Shown: one piece after another, positions 54,685 through 64,000 of the stretch
Numbering within the stretch: the stretch's first letter is position 1
Layout: each line of letters begins with the position of its first letter
DNA from: Octopus vulgaris
Taxonomy: Eukaryota
Assembly: GCA_951406725.2 (NCBI GenBank)
Contig: OX597814.1
Location: 211,730,001-211,794,000 of the forward strand
Reading direction: 5' to 3'
Length of the DNA: 64,000 nt
Position numbers and translations under genes: made by a program
The notes under the pieces: model-generated
Database searches by the model: none
What the model saw: only the letters and a program-made list of their open reading frames with translations
What the model was told of the DNA's origin: nothing

Positions 54685-54877
54685 AAAATTGGTAAATGTT
54701 ATGGTTGAAAATCAATTTTTATCGCTATCCGCGAGTGCCTCGGGGAAAATAATCTAGGGTTGTGACGAATGACCGCCTAAAATTGGAGCGACATGCGTGA
54801 AAATTTGTGGACGCGCATAAATTACATTCACGTACACACACACACACACACATTCTGCCTTTTATAGACATACAGAT
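54685..54877 (-). repeat. Second copy of the Helitron 5' terminal segment
   Basis: Similar to 54190-54388 (GTTATGGTTGAAAATC...TTTGTGGACG.GCATAAATTACATTCACGTACAC). Confidence 0.8.
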
Positions 54878-55619
54878 TATCATGCAGTGAATACTATTCT
54901 ACTTGTCTTTGAAAATATACACGATTTACAATTGATCCACTGGACCACAAATGAAACGTGACTTTTTCAAATTTTATTTTTATGTTGTAAAATCTGAAAA
55001 TTTATTTCAGAAATGCAAGTGTAAATATTCCAAGATATGCTGATTTATAGTTAAGACGTAAATTGCAGGTAACCTTTCAAATTTTCCTGAAACGAGGGGA
55101 CATGACTCAGCTGCGTTGAATGATGGGAGTGGCTGTCGCAAGCAATTGTCATGAAAACCTAAATGAATGCGCACGTCGAGGACGTTATGGGTATAAAAAC
55201 CTACTTCAACCTCGTTCTTGGGACTCAAACTTTGACCATTTTTTAAAACGGAAGAGGTGTTTTAAAGTTCCAAGTTCGGTAAGCTTAAGTGCTTGTTGTC
55301 TAACGCTGTTGCGGTTGTTACATTTTCTGTTGTGCTTTAAAACACGTTGTTTCTCTCTCATGCGAGTGGATTTGTCTTCGTTGTTCCACTTGCGTGAAGG
55401 AGGGAAGCATTTGATAATTATCTTGAAGACCATTTTCGAGGAGATTCGCTCTTCCTACATGGATTCGTCGTGGAGCGAACTCCTAGAATGCGTGAACAGC
55501 GTGGGAGAGGAAATAAGGAAGAGAAAGGCGGTGTGTGAATGGAAGATTTTAGCGGCTGTAGCCGGTTTAGAATGGAAAGATTGTGTGGAAGTGGAGGCAG
55601 CTTTTCTCTGGGTGTGGGC

Positions 55620-55911
55620 CTAAGTACCAATGGCTTTTGTGAACCGCCTCATGCATTCCATGTATTGACGGTGCATTGCCATTTTGAACCCCCAGGGTGG
55701 GCATACACGGTATTGAACATGTCACGCCTTACAATCCTGATGGTCTGGATTCGCCCACTACCAGAACACATGACGACGACACATTGGCTATGGTCAAAGT
55801 GCATCAAGAATTTGACTTAATCAGTTTTATCAAAATTTATCTCTGACATAATAAAATTTTTAAAAATTTCACAGCCACACAACTCTTGTGTTTCTTTTGC
55901 TGTTCAGTGTA
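55620..55911 (-). mobile_element. Tc1-like transposon end fragment
   Basis: TA-CACTGAACAGCAAAAGAAACACAAG terminus resembles Tc1 TIRs; weak QTIR...HRQ transposase-like remnants; partner TIR not found. Confidence 0.4.
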
Positions 55912-57498
55912 TATCGCTTATGTGACAGGAAGCTACGAACACATTTATTGTGATATTTACCAAATTATTATTTTGGATATAATTATGGATAAAATAATTG
56001 TCATCACGGATAAAATATCACCGAAGTAAGAGCATATATGTGTGTGTGGGTGAGTGTGTGTGTATGCGTGTGTGTGTACGTGTATCATGTACCAGTAACT
56101 AGCATATACATAACGTACAAACAAATTAGATAACTTATAGGTGATCGTCCACCGGTTAGGTGTAGTAACTGTACTGACCTAATCTCCTTCAAATCACACC
56201 TACCGTCTTAAAAACGGAAGGATACATTACATAATGTAGTCTTTCATTATTCCCATCGAAAATAAGAGGCTTAATAAACTTATCGTACACGCATATATTT
56301 AGAATCTCTGAATATAAGACGGAATTCTTACGTAAATATTACAGTTTATTTTATGTCTGAAATGCCAGTTACTACAAGGAGCTAAACAATAACATCTAGA
56401 TTTATAATTAAATCTATAATTCATAATCAAAAAAGAAATACGCTCATAAACATTAATTATCGTTCTGTCAAAGTAACATTTACCACCCATCCTTATTTGT
56501 AAGACACTAACAACTGATGATGACTGCAGATTGTTATTGAATCTCCTGCGTACGAGAATAAAGACATTGTTAGGAATGGCTGGATTTAGATATTTTCTTC
56601 AAACAACTAACTAATAATGCTTGCGGTGTAATTTCAGTTCAACATGCAAGAGAAAATATGCCATACGTTTTGTTCGCAAGAAGACGAAAAACAAAACTCC
56701 CATTGTTGCAGCTGCAACTATTGCTGCCGCTGTTGACACTGCTACTGTTACTGAAATACTACTATTTTTCCATCTGTTACACTTGTAATGAACTATAAAA
56801 CATGATGCGTTTATCCTGAAGTAAGAATTTCATTATAGGCAATCTTTTATTTCCTTCCCCTTTAACTGTAAGCATAATTTATTGTAATGTAATATATCAG
56901 AAGACTGGAATAGTTCTAGGCGAATGGTAAGGATTCTGATTAAGAGAGAAAATTTTTAAAAGAGTTTGATCAGATTAATGAACATATATTTATGCATTTC
57001 GCTCACAGGGGAAAATACGGGAAATACTATTGTCGACCTGACCGGAGAGGAAACCAGCCAATCAACTGAGACTGGACTATTAAAGTTATGGTAAACGTTT
57101 CCCTTACATTTTCTCTAGGAAAATATACTTTTAATTAATTTGTATCCCAATGATATTTACGCATATTGCTGTAACTGTTCAACATAATATCTTAAAGCAG
57201 ATACATTAGTTTTCTCCGTTATGAAAATGGGCAGAAAACATTCATGGGTATGATAAGTGAATTGAGTTCCTTTTGAGTTTAAATAATATTTGACTTGATA
57301 TGACGCATAGCAATATTTTACAATGATGTTCGATGAAATAATCAGAGTAAAGTAGGTAGGAGGGTGACGCCAGAAAATCGAACTAATTCCAATTCAATGT
57401 CGGTTTCATATTATTTCGCTTCAGAAATACTTATGAAGTCCCTAATAAATTAAATAAATTTGGATTTCAGACGATGGCATTTCCGTTGTTCAAAACAA

Positions 57499-57558
<60 letters not shown>

Positions 57559-57566
57559 TTGTGTGT

Positions 57567-57607
<41 letters not shown>

Positions 57608-57842
57608 TGTGTGTCTGTGTATATATATACATTGGAAAGTAGAACTTAGCTAAACAAAAGGCTTTACACAACATCGTTTCAACGTCTTTCATTCCCATCT
57701 CTTTCAGGATGATAATTTAAGCAGTATTAATGCAATTCGGTTGACACAAAATCGCTGTCGCTATGAAAATATGTAAATATCAATTCCCATCGAAAATAAA
57801 GAAACTGACTATACTTATCGTACACACCCACCCACACACATA

Positions 57843-57918
<76 letters not shown>

Positions 57919-57939
57919 TATATATATATATATATACAC

Positions 57940-58009
<70 letters not shown>

Positions 58010-59039
58010 TTAGAAAGAGAGATAGAGATAGAAAAGAGAAAGGGAATGCTATACATATATATGTGGGGGGTATGTTTGTGAGTGTGTGTGTGTGTGGATG
58101 TATACATATATATATATATATATATACAGGTAGACGCACATACACACACAGGCACACATACATATATTCATCTGAACAAAAATATCTAAATATAAAACAA
58201 CAGATATCGTCAAAATGAGTGAATATAAATTATAGATATTCATATATCATACAGAAACACATAGTTACCCTCCCAGTTTGTTCTCTTTCTATATTCCCTC
58301 CACACTGCAATGTTTGTGCACATTGGTTTTCAGTCTGTTACACCGTTGCATATGTGTTTATATGTTTGAATCGGCATGAAGAATCATTTATTCTGTATAA
58401 AGAATGTAAATACGAGATCCCTATATGGATAGGTTGTTTACGGAAACGGACATCAACCAAATTCAACGAAAGACATACATTTTCATGTGGTTATCTCTAA
58501 AATATGTCACACCTATTATTCATTTTGCATTTTAGAAAATTCACAATAAATTATCAGAAATATCTTTTTTGTATCAGAATCCCTTGTACCTTCTTTGTCT
58601 ATTATTGTCTGTCATTTTCCCTCGGTATGTCATTAACATGATCCAGTTCTCCTGCTTATTGATCCCAAAATGTTGTTTGACAATACACACAGCGTAAAGT
58701 AATACGGCCGAAAGAATATGAAAATAATACAAGACATTTCGTCGGTATTGTTTGTGAAATTTGCTCTTAGAGATTCTGAAAATAAAAAACAAGATTTAAA
58801 AATAAATTTGTAAAATATTAGTGATAGAATGTTTCTCTTTCTCTCTCTTTTGCTCCCTCTCTCTCTTTCCCCCCTCTCTCGTGCGTGCGCCCATAAACAT
58901 ACAAGAATGTGTGTATATGTGTATGTATATAAAAAGGCTGAAAGAGAAAACACCCAAACAAGATCGGCAGAAAATTACACATAGGAAAGCATGCCTAAAC
59001 GTGTTCAGTGCAGCATGTTATATCGGTATCTGCTTTTCG

Positions 59040-59234
59040 CACAAGACCAGTAATTTTAGAGGAGGTAGTAATTCGATTTCATCGAACCCACTAATCAATT
59101 GGTATTCATTTTATTGACCATGAAATGTTGAATGTAGAATCGAACTCGTAGTAATTTGAACTCAGAACGTAAAGACGGAGGAAATTCCGCCTAAACTGTT
59201 CCGCTGTGTGTATTGACGATGCTGTTAGTTCGCC
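59040..59234 (-). mobile_element. Decayed SINE family A
   Basis: Reverse complement follows the layout of 445-678 (GGCGAACT...TTACGTTCTGAGTTCAAATT...TCAATAAAATGAATACC). Confidence 0.6.
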
Positions 59235-59241
59235 ACAATAC

Positions 59242-60430
59242 TATTAGGTTGGCAACTATGTTCCCGCCGTTAAAAAAAAAAATTTTTTTAAAAGGTTGAA
59301 TAAAAAAAATAACAACTAATTAATCAATAATGTATTCACCGTTGTTGTTTACAAATTCTTCCCAAAGTTCAACAATATTTTCAATACCTCGTTGGTAGAA
59401 ATCACCCGATATCGACTTAAAAAATTGATCCAACCAAGTTCTCAATTTTGCATCAGTATTGAACGAAAATCCGCGCATAGCATTTGAAAGAGATGGAAAG
59501 AGGCGGAAATCCGTTGGTGCTAAATCAGGAGAGTACGGCGGGTGTGGTAGCACTTAACAGCCATGCGTTTCAATGACTCCCTGGGTCATATTTGCGATAT
59601 GAGGGCGGGCGTTTTCGTGCAGCAGAAGAACTCCTTACTGACGATTAGGTCTTTTCTCTTGAATAGCCGTGTTAAGTCGTTCCATCTGTTGAACATAGAG
59701 TCCCGTGTTGGCCGTTTGGTTCCTTTCAAGCAATTCGTAATGGATAATCTCTTCCCAGTCCCACCATACGTACAGCATCGTTTTCCGCGGATGAATATCT
59801 TGTTTCACGCGCGGTGTCGTTTGTTTACTGGGGCTAAGCTATACCTTTCGCTGATTCATATTGATGTACAGGCACTATTTTAGACGCCAGTGACGATTCG
59901 GTAAAGAAATCGTTGCTTGTGTCCATGAATTGAGCGGTGACGAGCAAGCAAACTAGAGGAAATTGTAGCTCGTTGATTTTTTATGTTGTCACTTAAAGCT
60001 TGCGGAACCCATGCTTCATAATTCTAAATCTTTCCCATCGAGTGAAGATGCTCCTCTATAGCAGTGTGGAAACATTCCATTTTCTCTGCCAATTCCCTTG
60101 TCGTTTGATGCAAAATTTGGTTTAATCGCTCTTCATTTTTGATCTTGGCATTCCAATCATATACGGTTGTTTCAGCTATGGCACCCTCTCTATACACAGT
60201 ACAAATGTCTCGAGCAGCTTTTGCGGCCTTAGAACCTTGATTAAGAGCAAAAAGAAGGAGGTGTTGAAAAGGCTCGTTCTTCTTAGCTTAACATTCTATT
60301 TCAATGATCTGAAAATAAACGAAAATTAACTAAATTTAACTAGAAAAAATAGATTCCGAAATGATTCAAAAAAAGAATTCTTGAAAAAAATTGCAACTCA
60401 CTAAGATTAGCAAAGTGGTAACCTGACAAA
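59242..60430 (-). mobile_element. Degenerate near-full-length mariner (DD34D) transposon
   Basis: TA-TTAGGTTGGCAACT TIR; motifs HLLLFALNQGSKAAKAARDIC, WVP, RIVTG, HENARPH, LPHPPYSPDLAPTDFRLF...NNGEYIID; stops and frameshifts; right boundary uncertain. Confidence 0.9.
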
Positions 60431-60662
60431 AACCTTTGCTCGCACAACAAAATGCTTAGCAGCATTTTGTCCTTCTATATTTCTGAGTTATAATTGCGCC
60501 GATATCGACCATGCCTATCAGCCTCTCAGAGAATTGGGGTTTCTACACTTGAGAGTTGTCTGGTTGACTGAGTGTATACACACACACGTACATACATGTA
60601 TTTTTGTAAATGTAGTGAATTATTTTAATATATATATATACCTATAAGTGTATATATGTATA

Positions 60663-61921
60663 TACACGACTTGGTAAAAAAAATTGTGAGACTAGTTATG
60701 TTTAATAATAAATGAAAACTTACTTACCCAAGTTTTAACATTATCCCCTTCGAAATAGACACTTTGCGCAGCAATTCACCGGTTTCAGCGTTCGTGCCAC
60801 GTTTAGAATCTGGAGACGAAGTTGTTCCCCGTCGAGCCGCGGACATTCTGGGACTCGATCTGGATTTCAACAAAGTGTAAAAAGACCGATCTTTGAGATG
60901 TATTTTCATCTTCAGAAAGAGATAGAAGTGCGCAGGTGCAACATCTAGTGGTTATGGTGGTTGGGGAAGCTATACACTGTTGATTTTGTCGAGAAACTCA
61001 CGATTGAGGACAGCATGGTGATACACGTTTCAGTGATCTGGTTGTTTTCGCTGAATGTCCTCTGTGAAATGCTTCAAAATGTCGCAGACGTCTTGATTGA
61101 CGATCTGGCCCTGGGGAACGAATTATCGAGGCACAATACCGCCGATTGATTGAGCTGCTCTGTCAAGCTTTCTTCCGTTGTGGAGATAAAGTGTTCTTCC
61201 GTTGGGCAGATTGCTGCTTCGTCTCAGTGTCGCACCCGAAACAACAGCTCTTGTAACTTTTTATGTTTCTCGACATGAATCATGGGTCATCAGCGGCACG
61301 CTGGCAGAGGTCGTCACAGGCTTCGACGCGATGTTCTTTCGGGCAAGTACTCAGCAGAGGCAGACTTGGCAGCGACAAGCCGCATGTTCAATTCAGACGT
61401 CAGGATTGCTGGCACGGACCCACATGATAGATCAACAACATCAGAAATGTCATTGATTGTCCTCCATCGATCTTCATGCACAAGCTGATGAACTGCCTCC
61501 ACATTTTCAGGGGTGTCGCTCGTTGTAGATCTTCCAGATCCCTCATCCTCTTCCAGAAACATTCTTCCACTATTAAAGTGTCAGTGCCACTCGAGCCATT
61601 GAGTACGACACGTTACCTCGCCGCCGTAAGCTTGCCGAAGCATGCTCAATGTCTGTTTAGCAGACTTCACAACTTCAACGCAAAATTCCGCGTTGGCTCT
61701 TTGCTCCAACGTCTTGTCCATGACAAAATCGCACGCTACAGCATACACGTAATCACGAAAACACAAATTTCACAACTTACGAAGTAAACACAGCAATGTC
61801 ACTCGACACAGTGTCTCATGAATAGCTCTGCTGGTTCTTACTGTGCTCGCGGAACCGTGCACTGCTTTCTGTTGGTGCGCGACAGAATTAGTCCGGGAAC
61901 TTTTTGGTACCACCTTGTGTA
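60663..61921 (-). mobile_element. Second degenerate mariner, different subfamily
   Basis: Imperfect TIRs (TACACGACTTGGTAAAAAAAATTGTGAGACTAG vs TACACAAGGTGGTACCAAAAAGTTCCCGGACTAA); EQRANAEFC...MLRQAYG, EDEGSGRSTTS, ETKQQS, FVPQGQIVN, FYLFLKMK, YFEGD. Confidence 0.88.
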
Positions 61922-62389
61922 TACCTATTTATAAATTTATGTGTGCGTGAGTGATTATGAACAGGATTGAACGAACAATTAGAATCAATTTGTTAAATCG
62001 GAGAATTACCACTAAATACGGAAGTTGTAAAATTGTGGCATCATTTGCAAATTTAATGCGTCGAGTAATTGAAACATAACGTTTCTGAACAGTTGTTATA
62101 AGAATTTCGTTCCATTCGTGAATTAAAAATTGTTTTAGCTATTTCAACGCTGATGGCAGATGGAATTAAGCAGCTCCGTGACACAAGCTATGAAGTTATA
62201 GTCAGAAAACTGTGGCGTTAGTTAGTGGACTTTGTAAAAGACAGAAGTCATCGGAGCCCTCTCTATAGAGACAGTAATAGCGGGAGAACTTCTTCAGAGA
62301 ATTGTCTAGCAGTGACTGCTCCGTGTAGTATCTCCAGTTACGCTGACCGCCACACTTACTAGCTGTGGCGAATACAAGTGGTCCAAGAA

Positions 62390-63380
62390 CTTTAAGCTTC
62401 CTAGTTATCGGAAGCTGTCAACTACTTTTAGTTTTTCTCCCTGGAATGTGACAGAAGTTGTTCTCTGCACATTTCCAGTGTTTATTGCTCCTGAGCATCT
62501 TCCACATACAAAAATCTATCTTCCCAGTTGGCTTTCCTTTGAAATTGCTGCAACACTTATGTATCCATAACTTGCACAGGGTACATCTTATATAGTTTCT
62601 ACCTACGCCTTATCTACAGATCGAGTAGGGCCAATTACCTGAAGACTCTAGTTTTAGCTACATTGACTCTAAGGTCCTTCGATTCTAATCCTTGTTCCAC
62701 ACCTGAAACTTCTCCTTGAGTTCTGATAGTGACTCAGCAATAAGAGCAAGTGATCAGCAAATGAACAGTCAGGTAGAGGTAGGGGTCCAGCAATATTTTG
62801 CGGGTTGTGTTTTGGAAAAGTAGCTGAATGACATTTCGACGTAATTTCACTCATGCTTTTCCCAGCCAAGTTAGTGCCATCTCTATCATTATATAGTCGG
62901 AGTTTATCATGGAGGAGAATATGTGGTTTCCCGTCGATGGATTCTGTCTTGAATTCCTCTGTTATTGCCTTGAGGACTACGATAAATGGGAGGGGCTGAG
63001 GACTGAACATTGGTGGACCCCTACCTCTACCTGAAATTCTTCACTACTCGTTGCCCATCCTCACCTTACTGACAGCGTCCCTGTACATGGCTTGCACAGC
63101 TCTCACTAACCATTCTTGTAGCCCTAGTTTCCTCACTGACTACCAGATGAGGGATAGCGAAAGCCAGGCACAAGGGTTTATATTTGGCTAGGTATTACAC
63201 CTGCAACTGTCTTACCAGAAATATAGCATAAGTGATACTTTTCCCTGGCACAAACCCAAACTGCATCTTGTCTAGACTGACCCTCTCCCTAAATAGTTGG
63301 GCTACAACCCTCTCCGTGCCTTTCATTACCTTATCCAACAGCTTGATACCTCTGTAATTATTTGTATCTAATACGTCGCC
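62390..63380 (-). mobile_element. RTE-type LINE RT fragment with Cys/His-rich insert, interrupted by a templated insertion
   Basis: NNYRGIKLL...MQFGFVPGKS..AIFLVRQLQ...GVHQCSVLSP..F...AITEEFKT [insert] ADH..LIAES...LRVNVAKT...WP..ICR.GVG...CTLCKLWIHKCC...CGRC...VVDSFR*LG. Confidence 0.85.
62792..62944 (+). repeat. 153-bp direct copy of 63415-63567
   Basis: Same length, few substitutions. Confidence 0.92.
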
Positions 63381-64000
63381 ATATTTTTTTTTTATTCACT
63401 GTTCATTTGCTGAGAATATTTTGCGGGTTGTGTTTTGGAAAAGTAGCAGAATGACATTTCGACGTAATTTGACTCATAATTTTCCCAGCCCAGTTCGTGC
63501 CATCTCTATCATTATATAGTCGGAGATTATCATGGAGGAGAATATGTGGTTTCCCTTTGATGGATTCCGTGTTTTAATGTTAGATTTCTATGTGTAATTT
63601 TTCGATTACGCTTTAAAGTATTTTTTCACCTTTTCATTTCTCAAGTAAGTGCGTTAGTTGATTCCCTGTTTCATTGCAGCCTCTGTGTAGATAAATGTTA
63701 TTTCTGTTGCTGATCTAGCATCTACGGAGAACTTCATTGGCTGTTGTGTAGAAGATACTTAGGCGGCTTTGAGAATACATTTTTAAATACCGTCTTAAAT
63801 AGCTCAGGTATGTAATTAAGACGGTATTCTCAGAACCTGTGAAATGATCTTAGCTCATGCTCATGTTGCTAAAGCCCTAGAGTAGAAAAACATTGGACTC
63901 GAAAATTAAGCATTAAGAACAAGCTTTTCAACAATCTACAAGAGGTTAATTACAATAATGCAGGAAAGAAATATCTTTAAGAAAGAAGTATTTTTCCGAA

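Noticed and set aside
59320-59553. Functional transposase or SETMAR-like domesticated gene
   Set aside because: Only the C-terminal piece is open; upstream catalytic motifs carry stops and substitutions; no SET domain
63770-63833. Short hairpin AATACCGTCTTAA / TTAAGACGGTATT as a miRNA or terminator
   Set aside because: A 13-bp stem is too short for a pre-miRNA call, and intrinsic terminators do not apply in this context

Overview
AT-rich, gene-poor eukaryotic DNA, not prokaryotic. The repeat content (tRNA-derived SINEs, RTE and R4/Dong-type LINE relics, Penelope-like elements, mariner/Tc1, non-autonomous Helitrons, dense TA/CA/TACA/AAT microsatellites) suggests an invertebrate, most likely an octopod cephalopod; this is an inference from repeat style, not a database result. 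No intact host gene can be established, and almost all track ORFs are microsatellite or satellite artefacts. Two large tandem arrays dominate. One is a 24-bp satellite (15.9-20.1 kb) bracketed by pieces of a small tRNA-headed, hammerhead-bearing element. The other is a ~7.9-kb 13-bp satellite (31.8-39.7 kb) that apparently grew from a 13-bp seed inside the ORF of an R4/Dong-like retrotransposon, whose reading frame resumes on the far side. Other highlights are a Penelope-like element with a stop-free GIY-YIG frame and a minimal hammerhead ribozyme, several decayed hammerheads, three local templated-insertion events, a likely low-quality assembly zone (19.2-24.8 kb) and weak minus-strand exon candidates. 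All translations and alignments were done by eye.
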